From NCBI GenBank assembly GCA_964016885.1, contig OZ024750.1, forward strand, positions 21,576,001-21,640,000: a stretch of 64,000 bases of DNA. The letters are read 5' to 3'. Of this stretch, positions 13,863-28,006 are shown one piece after another (positions within the stretch are counted from its first letter, which is position 1; each line of letters opens with the position of its first letter). Source of the stretch: Eledone cirrhosa. Lineage: Eukaryota. The position numbers were made by a program, and so were the translations under genes. The notes beneath the pieces are model-generated. The model was not told the origin of the DNA. It did no database searches and was given only the letters and a program-made list of their open reading frames with translations.

Positions 13863-14114
13863 TATAACGGAGGAATTGTGGTAAGGAACCAGATAGACCA
13901 TAACGCACCAGAGTACTCAATGCTTAGGGTAGTAGAGTTGGTAATAGAAAAAAGTATGACCCCGATGGCAGACCTCAAGACGTTTCGACGGCTAACGGCT
14001 TGAGCTCTGCCGTCGGGTTCATACTTTTTCCTATTTCCCACTCTACTACCCTAAGTATTAAGTACTCTGGTGCGTTATGGTGCATCTGGTTCCTTACCAC
14101 ATTTCCTTTGTTAT
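13862..14114. repeat. Hairpin, ~120-bp arms, between (TA)n arrays
   Basis: GTGGTAAGGAACCAGAT...CTCAAGACGTT / AACGGCTTGAG...ATCTGGTTCCTTACCAC. Confidence 0.9.
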
Positions 14115-14222
14115 ATATATTATATATAAATATATTATATATATAAATATATTATATATATATATTATATATATGTATATTATATATATATATTATATAA
14201 ATATATATATATATTATATTAG

Positions 14223-14255
<33 letters not shown>

Positions 14256-14296
14256 ATATCTCCCTTCAAATTAGAAACTACATTCTTAGCGAGTTT

Positions 14297-14331
<35 letters not shown>

Positions 14332-14351
14332 TGTATGGTTTGTACGAGTTT

Positions 14352-14442
<91 letters not shown>

Positions 14443-15298
14443 CGAATGTATGGTTGTGCGTGTATGTACTGCAATGTTGTATTTCAGATTGTGGATCCAA
14501 GTCTTTTCACTATTAGCCTACGATTAACCACAAAATAGTGAGTCATTTTGTAAAGTTTTGTAAATGGTTTACAACCCGAAGTATTGTTTGCAGCTGCACG
14601 CTGGCACTCTACAGTGAGTGAAGCCATTAAAATGGAAACATAAATCATAATCGATATTTATCCCTCGTTCTTTTCGTATGATGAGTCAGGAGGTCAAATC
14701 GTTTCTTATCTTGAGAGAAAGTTGTACTATAGAACATCAATATTTTTATCATTATGCCTTCTCAGAAAAAATTTTAAGCGCCTTGCTGCTGTTGCCTTTG
14801 TTAAAGATGGGAGTAGTTGTTGTTGTTGCAACGTCTCTTTTATCCTTCACTAGTTCTTTCCCCATGGAAATTTGTGAGATGAGCGAGAAAACAGCTGTCA
14901 GTTATCCAGTAGACACACCTAAATTTCTGAGAGAGAAATAGTTGTCCACTATGATACAAATCGGGAAGGATTTGTATAGTGTTTACTTTGGTTTCACAGT
15001 GTTGTTTGTAGTGATATGCCCCAGAAGAAGTGATATAAATATATATGTGTGTGTGTGTGTGTGTGTAGTCTGAGAGTGAAGAATGTACAGCTGTACGTGA
15101 GGCATGCGTGTGTGTGTGTGAGAGAGAGTGTATGTGTCTGTATGATGGAGAAGGATATCATATGGTGTACTAAAGTCACAATTATACAAGTAAAAATGGT
15201 AAAATACTACATTTTGGAGGATATCAGTCAAAGAAACAGTAAAAAGTAACTTAACTAATGCTTTATTGTCCAAGATAAGGCATTGAATTGGCAGATTA

Positions 15299-15465
15299 AT
15301 AATTGTTTCTACTTTTGGCACAAGGCCAGTAATTATCCCAGTGTATTACTGGTACTTTATTTTATCGACCCCGTGAAGATGTGAAAGGGAAATTTAACCT
15401 CGGCAGGATTTGAACTCGGAACATAAAAAGACATAACTCTCTGCTGGAAAACATGGCGTCCGACC
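15299..15465 (-). mobile_element. SINE (same family)
   Basis: Consensus match, reverse complement. Confidence 0.85.
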
Positions 15466-15759
15466 CTTCGGCTCACTACGCTCTGAGTTCAAATCCCACA
15501 GAGTTAATTTTGCCTTTCATTTGTTCGTGGTTGTGAGTAAATTATCAATCCTGTAGTAGAGTCGGTTCTTCCTTTATCTTCTCCTTCTCTTCTCTCGCTT
15601 TCTCACTCCCTCCTCCTCCTTTCCCTCGAATATGTCTCTACGTTCGGACATGAAGAGAAATGGTCACCATCAGGTTTTAAATGCCTAAGGCACGCTACTG
15701 CTTCAGCCAGTAAATCATCTTTTAATGCATTTCTATAAATCCATGTGGGTATATTTATG

Positions 15760-15945
15760 AGGACTAGTGAAGTCTCCCCGTTTCCTGAAGCATGACACTT
15801 TAATTCACGAGGTTCCAATCTACTCAGCTAGAGACAGTTAGTAACAGTATCAGAGGATTAACCCTGCAAAGGACTAGCATTACCTCTAGTAGGAATCCTG
15901 TTCTCTCAGTCCCTTATTGCCGCACAAAACTGAAATAAGCTCCGA
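15760..15945 (+). mobile_element. Old SINE body/tail fragment
   Basis: AACCCTGCAAAGGACTAGCAT...AAAACTGAAATAAGCTCCG, typical of Meta/V-type SINE 3' parts; similar to about 59360-59455. Confidence 0.4.
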
Positions 15946-16345
15946 ACAAAGGATTTGGGGCTTGAAACAAACATTTCCTTATTACTTGGTTGTAGGATGT
16001 AAGACACAATTGCTACTGCCAGGACAACTTCTCTGCCAAAGCTCCCCAGTTCCACCACATCGACTGGCTGGTCTAGTAACATCAAAATGACTAGGATATA
16101 ATATTACATAACGTAATGTAATTTTCCTTATAAATTTAACTGCTATCTCTAATAAATGGACCGTCCACATCGTATCACCATTGTTGAATTATAGAATACA
16201 ATATTAAAATATTTTAATATCAGAAGAAATTAAATAAGGAATAACTATATCTTGAGAATAATTCAACTTGAATTGACCTTTATAAATACATAAAAGAGTT
16301 AAAATAGTTATTTGTCTGTTTAACGCAATATTATTATTAATAAAA

Positions 16346-16540
16346 GGGCGGTGGATTGGCGGTGTCGATAGAGGGTCGAACGCCATGCTTTTCAGCAAAG
16401 AGTTACCGCCATTTATGGTATGAGTTCAAATCCCGCCGAGGTTAACTTTGCCATTCATCCTTACGGGGTCGATAAAATAAAGTACCAGTAATATTCTGGG
16501 ATAATTGCTGGCCTTGTGCCAATAGTAGAAACAATTAATA
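16346..16540 (+). mobile_element. SINE (same family), full length
   Basis: GGGCGGTGGATTGGC head through GTAGAAACAATT end. Confidence 0.9.
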
Positions 16541-17639
16541 TTCTTTCTTTTTCTTTGTCATATTTCTTCCTTTTTCGCCTGCCTATTGTTCTGATTTAAT
16601 ATAAAGACATGTATATGGATAATATTAGATAACTAATTAATTAATGGACTACCTGCTATTCCATTTTTCCGTGCCAACGACTTGTTACATAAGGCTTGAC
16701 AATGGATATAGAAAAAGTGAAAATATATGTAACTTAAATATCTAAAAAATATCACAGCTCGAACTATTTACCTAAACGTTTAAGAGAAAAGAGACAGAAA
16801 ATTCTTAGAAATAATAAAAAACGAAATATATTCTCATCTAATTTCCTGACCACGGGGAAAATAGATTAACCAATTCTCTCGAAATATTTATCAAGGTATG
16901 TGTAACTAATTGTCACCCAGTTATTTATTAGAAATAGTTGGTATAGAATGAAATATGTAAAATGTAGATTTTTTAAAACTTTACTTCCTTCTGCCACCTT
17001 CGTATTACTTCACGTCTCTATCCACGTAGTCCAATTATAATTAACAAAAAGGAGGACAATTTAATACACTTCAGTAAAATTGAATTAGCACATATCCTTA
17101 ATCATATCGTCCAGATACTATTAGCAGAAAAGGACAGTTGAAATCAGTACAATAATAAAAGGATAAGTAATATTTTACCTAGCTATATTCAAACTTAAGC
17201 AGTTAATTAACTGGGTTGCTGAAGTTCAGGAGTCGTAAACTTGAGTCTTATATTATTTAATGAGTCCAAAAATAGCTTTTGCCTACTTGCGTGTTTGAGA
17301 TAATCCGTCGCATAGTTTAACTGCATCACTCAGCCCTTGAGTGCATTTCGTTGTATCCTGTTTTTTACAAGTATTTGGAACATGTCTCTCAGTTGTGGCC
17401 ATCTATCCTCCATGAATCTCAGAAGCCCTGAGATGTGTATTGAGCACTTTTTTCCCCTTCCCTGAATAAGAAGTAAAAATAACTTTTATAATTAAAACAC
17501 ATTGGATCAAGTGATGCATTCAATACAAATTTTATCATGACGTTTCCCTATTGCATATGAACACACAGAGAGAGACACAGGCACACACACACACAGACGG
17601 TCAGACAGACAGACAGACAGACAGACACACACACACATG

Positions 17640-17756
<117 letters not shown>

Positions 17757-18658
17757 ACACACACATACGCACGCTCTCGATCGCTCAAGAATTAGATTTT
17801 TATCTGCTTAATATTACATACATTAACATTGTAACATTGTAATTCTCATGAAATATTACAAGATATAGCTAGTCAAACTACCAATTACATCTAGGTTGTC
17901 AGACAATCGATAGTTATGTGATCTGAATGTAGAAATATATTTCTTTTTGTTTTTCTATTATTTTTTTTATTCGAATTACTTTCCTATAGTCTTTGACATG
18001 ACCAAAATTGTTGCTATCATTAAGGTTTCCCTTGTTAGAATTTTTTTTTTTTATTTTACATCATATCTAAAATGTTCTATCGCCAATTTAAAATATTTTT
18101 TTTTTGCCTTTGAGAACATGTACTTTGTTGCTGCTACTATATCGACAGAAAATCAATGTATAATCAATAATACCTGATAATATAAATCTAACATTGAGCG
18201 ACTGCTGTATTAATTCTGGTACGATATATATGCTGGACATAAAGATGTTTTCATCGACAAGAAATAAAGTATAAATTATTCTAGAGAACACAAGAAAATC
18301 AGTAAAATTGTCCATGCTTTAGAAGTGTCTTGTTGTGTAATTACACCGCTGATTAATGTCTCATTTCATATTGGAAAAGCTAATTTGCCCATATATATTG
18401 TTGTTGTGGTTTTTAATATTCCTTTTAATAACAAGTCGATATCTTTTAATATTTCAAAACTAATAGTTTAGGTGTTTTGGCTTTAAATAAATTATAAAAA
18501 TCAGAGAAAAATGGTAATTTAATTGAACAATTTTAGATATAAAAATTGAATATTTCTAAGTTGTCAAAATTATTGCTTTAATTAGACGACAAGAAACAAA
18601 AGAATGATTAAAATCCGGTGATTTAGAATTGCACCAATTTCAATTTCAGCAATATATG

Positions 18659-18750
<92 letters not shown>

Positions 18751-21029
18751 TCTCATATATATATATATATCTGAGAGTGAGAGACAAATGATAAATACAT
18801 TTCTCTACGTACATATATTTTACCTAGATAAATATATATTACAATGTTTATAGGTTTATTTTTTTATATTTATTTACAGTAAAATTTTTAATATTTTTGT
18901 AGAATATACACAAACGCTTGCTAATTTCACAACATTATAAAACACTTTAAATGTTACCATAGCTTATTATTATGATTATTATTGTTATTATTATTATTAT
19001 TGATCAGTCACTTTGTCGCCATTGATATACTCAGACAACTGTCAATAAATTAAAATTAAAAGTGTTTACTTGATTTGCAATAGATAGAGGTTAACTTCGA
19101 TAGAATTTCTCTTAAACTGTTATTTCTATCATTGTATATTTAGTTATTTTTCTAATGGCCGCTATTAGCGAGAGAAAAGTCAATAAGCAAGCCTTTATTG
19201 TGAACTCATGAATATTTACGAAACAAATTGAATAGAATATAACGAAAGTCTAAACAATTTTATTACGATTTGGCTGTCTAATTTGTTTTATTCTTATCGC
19301 CTTTGTCAATATATATATATATATAAATATTGCTTGCAATATATCTATGATTTATTGGACAAGCAAACATACTTAAGTATTAACAATAGTGTGTATGTTG
19401 TTTCATTTTGAAGTCAATACTAAACTTGATGAAGTACTGGTCAGAGACACATTACACTCAACTTTTAACACAGAATTCATATGCTAAGGCTTTATACGTG
19501 CCATAAACTCAATTTGAGTTTGTATTACTTAAAATACAATATGTATTGTGTCAGATACCATAGAAACATTGATATCACAACATGATTTTCAACCATAACT
19601 TTAAAGTGTTTCTTCTCGCTTGAAGTAAATTATTTCCGCTCTCACTTATTATAAGATATCTATAAAAATAAAGCAAAGTGATAATCAAATGAATTAGAAC
19701 CAGAACAATACCATTTAATAAAGACTATCCTGAACGACATTATATCATGCGTCTCTCCTTTATTTAAGGATAATTTAAGGATCTTATCCCAGGGTCATTT
19801 CTGATTGAGTAGATCTAAGATCAAAGTAATTCCAACCATGATTATCTCATCGTTTTTGTATATCAGGTTCTATATTTTCTGTTTTCTTTCTTTTTTTTTA
19901 ATAGTCAGATATACTTGATGAAATTTGCTTTCTAATCTTTGCAATTCGAATAACTACCTAGAGACTTTGTCGTTGGTTTGCTGTTATTTTCTTGTGATTC
20001 AGATGCTATTTTTGTGATTCGACCGACCACGTAGGAACTTTTTCATCGTTTCATGGTGATCTTTGCATCTATGGATATGTGATCATTCATTTCTTCAAAT
20101 ATGGCGACATATGTGTTAAATATTACTCACAGTTCTTGGGTCCACCAGAGATTGCAATGGGATGGACATCCGCCAGTGTCAACGATGAGTGGAAGTGGCT
20201 GAGCATTTTATATGTACATGTATGTAATACTCAAGTAGCTTCAACTTGACACAATGTGAGAAAGCTGGCCATTAGAATTACACATGCAGTCCATTCGACA
20301 GAAGTTCAAACAGTTATCGTCTACCCTTTTTTACTCACAAGAGTTAAGTCGATGCTAGACTTGCGCATGAAGCCACGCAATAAGATAGAACCCAGGAACT
20401 TATGATTGCGAAGAAACAAACTTCGTAACGATTCCTTCAAGTTGCGTCTACCGGCCAAGGACTATTGTAAAAGACGCGCAGCAAGACACCACGTTTGGCA
20501 ATCAAATCCGAGAACGCATGTTTGCAAGGGGAACTTTTTAACTGCACCGCTAAGCCTGTGTATATCATCTTTCATGAATGCAGCGTTCAATCAGAAATTT
20601 TTGTGTAATCGATCGGAGCTGATAACACTTTTCCATCATTTAAATACAATCTTGTGCATAATGAGCTGAGTAATTGCTCCAATGGGTTTTTCCAAACTTC
20701 CCTTTCTTCATTAAATATGGCATAATTATTGAGTGTCATATGGGTTATCTTATTCGCTTCACTACTTAAAATATCTGTTATATATTTAAATGTAGCCATC
20801 CAGTCTCTTGTTGTGAGTCTTCCGCACTCCACAAATCCCTCTCTGCATTGTTTATTGTATCCCTTAATCAACCATGTCATTTATGAGCAGACGCTGTAAA
20901 AAGAAACTCTATTACTCGCAGTAGTACGAATTATTTTTGCCATTTTTTTTCTAGATTAGTTTTTAATCAGCTCATCATTTGTTATTTACATGTATCATCA
21001 ACTTTATGTAATCTGATACGGTGATACAT

Positions 21030-21129
<100 letters not shown>

Positions 21130-21199
21130 TGTTGTTGTTTTTCCTATCACTTCAAATATACTAAGAATTCCCCAAACTAACGTTATTACAATTATTATT

Positions 21200-21720
21200 G
21201 AGCGGTATGTTGGTGGATCGTTAGTGAGATTTGTTGGACTATTTGTAGCGACTCCTAGCATTCTGAGTTCGAATCCCTGCGGTCGGTAAAATTAATTACC
21301 AGTTAAGTAGTGGAGTTGATATAATCGACATTCCTCTGCTCCAAAATTGTTCGCCATTGTGGATTGGCAGAGTCATAAGAGCGCCACACAACTGTTTAGC
21401 ATGTTTTGTTTTGGCTCTTTAATTTCTGAGTTCAAATAACAAATTTTCATCCTCCCAGAATCCAGTCAAGTACTGGGGCAGATTAAATCGACTTTCTCCT
21501 CTCCCATAGTTCTGGTCTTGTGGCTTACGTACAAATAATTTCTAAAGCGCCGTAGATTGGCAGTCATTAGAGAGTCGGACATATGCTTTACAATAGCTAT
21601 TCAAGCTCTTTATGTGCTGTGTACGACTAAAAATAACGTTGCTTTTCATCCTTCCGAGATAGATACTATAAAGTACCAGACATATACTAGGGTAGATATA
21701 ATCAAATTTTCCCTTCCAAC
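21200..21720 (+). mobile_element. Cluster of old, diverged Nin-type SINE copies
   Basis: Repeated ttggcagagtcattaga-like heads, ctgagttc(g/a)aat B-boxes and tttcatcct...aagtacc cores. Confidence 0.55.
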
Positions 21721-21949
21721 TAATGGGGTCGATTCTTCGTCTATATCATTTCACACTTACTTTTTGTCACTCTCTATCCTTCTCTGAATGAATTCTGTTG
21801 CACTCAGGCCTGGAGATGGGATGGGTTAAAACAGGCTTGAAAATGCCCTTTGAAATCCCGTAAGTTAATATGGCACCCCTGCGAATCCCTTGTGAGTTAC
21901 GGGTTTATAAGAAGGAATACAATCAATAAATGTTATGTTACTTACATGC

Positions 21950-22230
21950 ATCAGTATTCTTTGTTTAGATTTTCTTGTTTTGTTATTTTAGTCATTATTA
22001 TTGGGTGGTTGTAAACTCGCTGCGTCCTGTTTATCAAATAGTTACATTTTTTGCTCGGGGTTCCAGTATTAACTAAAACATTTATATGATAGTGACAATT
22101 CATGCATAAAATATAGTTTTTGTAGGGTTCATTGGTTCTTGTCTCACATATTCTTCGTTTACTAGCTATATTTACTATTATTTCGACGATTTCCGATTTA
22201 TTTCGATTTTTGCTGGGATATTCGTTACAC
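21950..22230 (-). mobile_element. Possible Penelope-like GIY-YIG C-terminal remnant
   Basis: NTGTPSKKCNYLIN weakly resembles the SKKCNLCxxEK tail of Penelope-like endonucleases; heavily decayed. Confidence 0.25.
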
Positions 22231-22239
22231 GTGTCCATG

Positions 22240-22645
22240 ATGTGAATTGGCAGAGTCATTAGGGCGTCGGAGAAATGCGTAACATTATTCGTTCCGGCTC
22301 ATTACGTTCTACGCTTAAGTCTTTCAGAAGCTAACTTTGCCTTTCATCCTTCCGAGGTCGAAAGAAGAAAGTAGCAGTCGAGTACAGTGATTGATACAAT
22401 CGGCTTGCGATAAGAAATTGCAAGCTCTCCGTCTAAATTAGATACCATTATTATTGTGAATTGGCAGTATCGGTAGGTCTGACGCCATGCTTTGTAGCAT
22501 TAGAGTTACGGCCCTTTACTGTCTGAGTTCAAATCCGGACGAAGTTAACTTTGCCTTTCATCCATACGGGGTCGATAAATTAAAGTACCAGTAATGTACT
22601 GAGATAATTGCTGGCCTTGTACCAAAAGTAGAAACAATTATTATT
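22240..22645 (+). mobile_element. Old SINE followed by a young SINE (22457-22645)
   Basis: Consensus matches. Confidence 0.8.
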
Positions 22646-25209
22646 AGAAACACTTCAAGGATTTCCTTTCTTCAAAGAAGAATTGTACCATCTTTGTGAA
22701 TCACACATACAAGTGCTAAATGTCAATGATTGCTATGTGAAAAATATCTAACTATTTATGTGCCTCAGTGTTGTTATTTTCTGGAACGGTCTTTGGATTT
22801 AGTCAATCTATCCGTTTTTCACAAAAGTGTTTTGTATACCACTTAATTTCTCTAAATGTATATAGATTATAGATATTCCAGCTGGGTAGCTAGGTTGATG
22901 TAGTTCTTTAGATTTCCTCATAGTCTCTTCACACGCAACATTATAGACATTTGGTATTGCTATCAAGTTTTCAGCAGTTGCATACGACATTCTATGGTGC
23001 CATCATATTTTATATTATAGTTAAAATTGAAGTATTAACCTGATGCCTTTATTATATTCTCTACTATATAAATTTATAACATTTTCTTTACATTGTGCAA
23101 TACAGTGTCCACTTCATTGATAAACATATGCACGCCTGTCATTTTCTCTGATGTTTTATCGAACAAGATATGTATGGTTTTTATCAGTTTTCTCTCTTCA
23201 AATTCACTTTTGTGTATATTTCAAGATGAATTTGAATGGCTTTATCTCTATTAAACCCAGGCTGTGTATGTAGCAAAGTGCTTAGTTATTTGTCTGCAGC
23301 AACATAGACACACTTTGAGGTTATCCATATGGTAGGTTGTCAAACCATATCATTTATGTATATGAAGTCTTGTTTAAAATGCTGGTTAAAGATGTCTGAT
23401 ATAGAAAATGTTTCTTCTGATAAGGACTGACGTCATTTAGCAACATACTTCGATTACATGTTTCCTATAACTGTAATATATTGTATTGGTGTCAGATCTC
23501 TGTACTTCAGTTACTACTTTATTGTTAGTAACTAACGTTTGCTTTGCCTTTTCCTGTAGCCACCAACTTAAAATTGTGTTGTGGGTGTGTCCTCGTAAGA
23601 TACGGCGTGTCGTGAGTATTTTAATCAGTCTAGGTCCATCTTTTTCCAGTCTGACCACAATCGATTTCCTCCAGAGAGTAAGATAGAACTAGAACCATAG
23701 AAAACGAGAGAGGAAGCACCCACTGCATGACTGAAGTGGTAAAATATTTATCCACCTCGAAAGGATGAAACGCAAATTTGAACTGAGGAACGAATGCCCC
23801 AAAGCATTCTACTCGATGACGTAACGACTCTGCCAACTCATTGCCCAAACTGATGTTTATGATCACGTGTAAGATCATTTCTATTCATCTGAGAGTCGAT
23901 TTTGACGTTTCCATGTGAGCACTTATCTTTTCAGATATATTTGATGCTAAAGATCTGTATATTCCTAACTAACAGGTTATGTTTAATATTTTTGATGTTT
24001 GTAGGTTTTGTCATTCGTTTTAAGATGATTTTCTCTCAATGACCCCCTTCAATATTGGTTTCTGAATATTTCCATAAATTGTTTAAGGCATTTGTTTTGG
24101 GTTTTGATTTGTTTATGAAGTATATGTTGATATTCTGTGATGTTCCTTAGATTATTATATCATCCGACAAATGGTATTTTTAACTGCTTTCTGCTTGGAT
24201 TATTCTCATCCTCATCATTTAGTCCTCAATGAAGACTACTTAAGATGGTGTTCGGTTTGCATTTATATATATGTTGATTTTATAGAATTCCAACAATAAT
24301 ATTTTTCAAAATATTATTGGCAATTGAGATGTCATTGGTTAGAAGATCATTCGTCAAGGATTTTGATTTTAGGTATACTTACATTTCGAGTACTTTTATT
24401 TCTGCTTGTCTGTCTTTTCTCATTTATATTGACCTACTAACTGCCCTCCTACAGTTTCCATTACTTATATATAGCCACGCATTTATATATATACATACAC
24501 ATACATACATACATACATACATACATACATACATACATACATACATACATACATACATACATACGTATGTATCTATGTATATATGTATATATGTATGTAT
24601 GTATGTATATATGTATGTATATGTGTGTACGTATGTATATGTATATATGTATGTACGTATATGTATATATATATATTAAAAAGTGAGAGAGATGTTTGTT
24701 CATACTACGTTGTTGACATGAATAAGGACTGGAAACATTATTCTGCATTCCTTCGTATATTTATTTCAAGGGCGTTATGATTTCTGCACAGGTTGTTTTG
24801 AGGTAATAGCCACTTTATTTTTTTGCTGACTATTCTGGCTTTTGAGAGGTTCTGTTGATTTCATCGAATGACGTTGCTTATTGATCATTATGTCTTATCT
24901 TTCGGAGTAGGTTTTTATGTGTCTATAATATAATTTTTTTTTTTTGGAGGGGGGGTTCTCATATCCAGTTTTGCACAGGCTTTTCTTAGGTATCTCTTGA
25001 TCAGCATTTTGTTGCTACATATTCTCTGTTGGTATACTGGGATTTGGTTTTGCTGCTTGTTCATGTGAAATTTTTCCTGATACGTGTTTTAACTCTTTAT
25101 CATTTCATATGCCTAGTAGTCTAAAGGAATTTTCCTTGTATACTGCTAACGAAATATATGAATCCAGTTGACTTATACTATTTTGTGATATATAGGCAGT
25201 CTAGATCAA

Positions 25210-25765
25210 TCATCAATATAGGTTGGTGTGATGGACATAGACACATAACTTTGCTACACTACAGACTTGTGAGTGTGTGGATGCAAGTATGTTTGCATTG
25301 ATGGTCGGGTCGTCGGCGACTAAACTGGCAACCGCACCAAGCTTGCTTGGTGAGGAGCGTGATATTTGGACAACCTGCGGGATGAAATACAAGACCCGGC
25401 AAAGAGTGAAGGAACTCAGCAAAGTCAACGGCCATCCAGATAGTAATTTTTTTCTCCTGTGAGTGAAATGCACCCAGTTGTTGTCAGAAAACCTTTCTAA
25501 GAGAGGGAAACTCTGAAAAAAAGCCTGCGGCTTCGAAATCATTCGATGATGTTGACCAGTTCTCCTTTTCGAGTAGTGTTTTCGATGCTCAGAGAGTGGG
25601 ATTGGTCGAGTGCAAGGCCTTTCCCCACTTAAGAGACATTCAAAGCACAGGCATTGCTTGTTAAGGATCTGTTACAGGTTTGTGTGACTAGCCAGAGCCT
25701 AAAAGTGCACTGTTTTCTGTAATCTCACAAGCGATTGCAGTACTCTCAGCTGAGTTTGCAGCCAT
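25210..25765. mobile_element. Older copy of the 12.1-kb LINE family with an internal inversion
   Basis: 25519-25549 matches 12461-12492 in the same orientation, but 25721-25765 matches 12133-12180 in reverse complement and is followed by a (TGTA)-like tail. Confidence 0.55.
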
Positions 25766-26244
25766 CCTGTATGTATTCATATAGGTAGGCATGTAGTTAT
25801 GAACGTATGTAAGTATGCATTTATGAATGTATGTATGTATATTTTTATGTATGTATGCATGTATACTTATATAATTGTTATCACCGTCATTCGATCTTCG
25901 ATCAAAGCCCAGCCCTTCACAGTGAACTCGAAAGAGAGGGGGGGGGGGTGCATATCAATAAAATTATATTTCAAAATTTGCAAAGTTTGAAATACGTCAT
26001 TCGAAGAGCTGTGGTCACCTGATAACCGTCCGCAATTCATTGAAACAGTTTTCAGTCACCCTTTTTCTCACAGCCAACATTATATAGATATATAAGCTAT
26101 AAAGAAAATTAATCTAGGTTACAGCTTGAGTAAAGCATGCAAAGGCCACATTTACTCCACGGGAAAATAAAAACAAAAAGAATTGAGATAAAAATGTATA
26201 TTCAAATATATTACTTTCTACAATAATGTTTGTTTTCTTTTTAG

Positions 26245-26378
26245 GTCTGAGACACTGACCATCATGGAGCAGGCGCAATTACTTGGTATTACCAATAGTA
26301 AATATATGTGGATAATGTCACACAAATCCATTGGAAGCATGACACGTACACAGAGGTCCTTACCACCCGGTATCTTAG
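26245..26378 (+). CDS. Nmdar2: Internal coding exon of the NMDA receptor NR2/GluN2-like subunit
   Basis: Acceptor ttttctttttag| and donor tag|gtgaga; 134 nt, phase 2-1; (R)SETLTIMEQAQLLGITNSKYMWIMSHKSIGSMTRTQRSLPPGIL(G), matching the E-x3-I-x3-A-x3-G-L/I-T-x3-Y-x-W-I...P-x-G-x-L-G pattern of NMDA receptor amino-terminal domains. Confidence 0.88.
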
Positions 26379-26420
26379 GTGAGATTCTTCAGATATTTAA
26401 TTTAACGTATTTCCTCATGA

Positions 26421-26833
26421 ATAATTGTTTCTACTTTTGGCACAAGGCCAACAATTATCTCAGTGTATTACTGGTGCTTTATTTTATCGACCACTTAAGG
26501 CTGAAAGGCAAAGTTAACCTCGGCTGGATTTGAACTAGACTGTAAAGGGCTATGCTACAAAGCATGGTGTCCGACCCTCTACCGATACTGCCAATCTCTC
26601 GCCCTCATCAATAATGGTTTCTTATATAGGCATAAGGCCAGCAATTTTTGGGGGGAAGGAAGAGTCGATTAAATCGACCCCAGTGCGTGACTTGTACCTT
26701 ATTCTATCGACCCCGTAAGGATGAAAGGCAAAATGAACCTCGGCGGGATTTGAACTCAGATTATAAAGGGGCGTAACTCTATGCTGCAAAGCATGGCCTT
26801 CTACCCTCTACAGATATTGCCATTCCACCACTC
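26421..26833 (-). mobile_element. Two tandem SINEs (short and long form) 42 nt downstream of the exon donor
   Basis: 26421-26605 and 26611-26833, reverse complement of the consensus. Confidence 0.9.
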
Positions 26834-27427
26834 TCATAAATAATACGCTTCAGTATTTTACCAGCCCCCTTTCTGAAGCTTAAAAACAAGAATAAATCAA
26901 TTCCATGAGTATAATACGACCCCAGGGTACAGCCATGTTTATGTACATCTTGTCATAACCTTGTACTATGCTATTAATCAAAATATTACACATATATTTC
27001 AATACAATATTCAGTTTGTCATGATGTTAAAACAATCCTTTATTAATACATCTTATCAGTTTTTTGTCGTTCAATTGCTCTGATTCACAAACAACAAATA
27101 TTGCCGATACATCAAATACCATTTGTAAACAATTGTTATCAACATGTATTTGAAATCTTGCAATTTGAAATGAGGGTTTTTAAAACGTGTATTCGTGTAT
27201 AAAACGATCCTAGTTTTCTTCTTATTTCAAACTTGTCGATACACGAGAAAATACAAGACATTTTCAATTTTAATATTATTTGAGGCAGCTCACACTCCCC
27301 TATTATATTGTACACTCCGACAGAAAGAAATAATTTCAGAAAATAAGGTCAAATTCGGTCACGCAGTCTAATAGCATCAGGTGTCTTGAGAAACAAAACG
27401 ATGATGTAGTTTATGGAACACCCAAAT

Positions 27428-27847
27428 GATTTAGAAGTCGACCTTAAGTAGGAGTAATAACATTAAGAAAGACATGAACGACACCATATCATTTTGTATT
27501 GAAAATTTTGAAAGTAGGTTGATAAGTATGAATCTTCATTGAATTTTTGCAACTGTCTCAGTGGTCTAGCGGTAGGTACTAGAGCCGGTGCAGATCCTGG
27601 TCAATGGGTACATGTAATTTTTTTCAGTTTTTATTTTACTTCCCATAAAAAAAAACTGAAAAAGTTTACCGAGAACCCTACACCCGACCAGGATCAGCAC
27701 CCTCTATGATTCCTCCAACTAGGCCGCCGAGACAGCTAGAAAAGTATAATGAAAATTCATACTTATAAACCTACTTTCAAAAAAGACGTGGTGTCTTTTA
27801 TGGCTTTCCTAGTGCTATTAGTCATATTTAGGGTCGACTTGTCAATC
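27428..27847. repeat. Diverged ~420-bp palindromic element with tRNA-like boxes in each arm
   Basis: AAGTCGACC...TTGAAAGTAGGTT..TAAGTATGAAT mirrored by ATTCATACTTA..AACCTACTTTCAA...GGTCGACTT. Confidence 0.75.
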
Positions 27848-27929
27848 TTCTGGCTCTTTAGTAACAACCTTATTATTTCTATGTGTATTTAACTGTTGAA
27901 TTAATATAATTTAATTATTTTAACAAACA

Positions 27930-28006
<77 letters not shown>

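Noticed and set aside
26379-26533. ORF-track extension of the second exon (EILQIF...)
   Set aside because: Read-through past the GT donor into intron and SINE.
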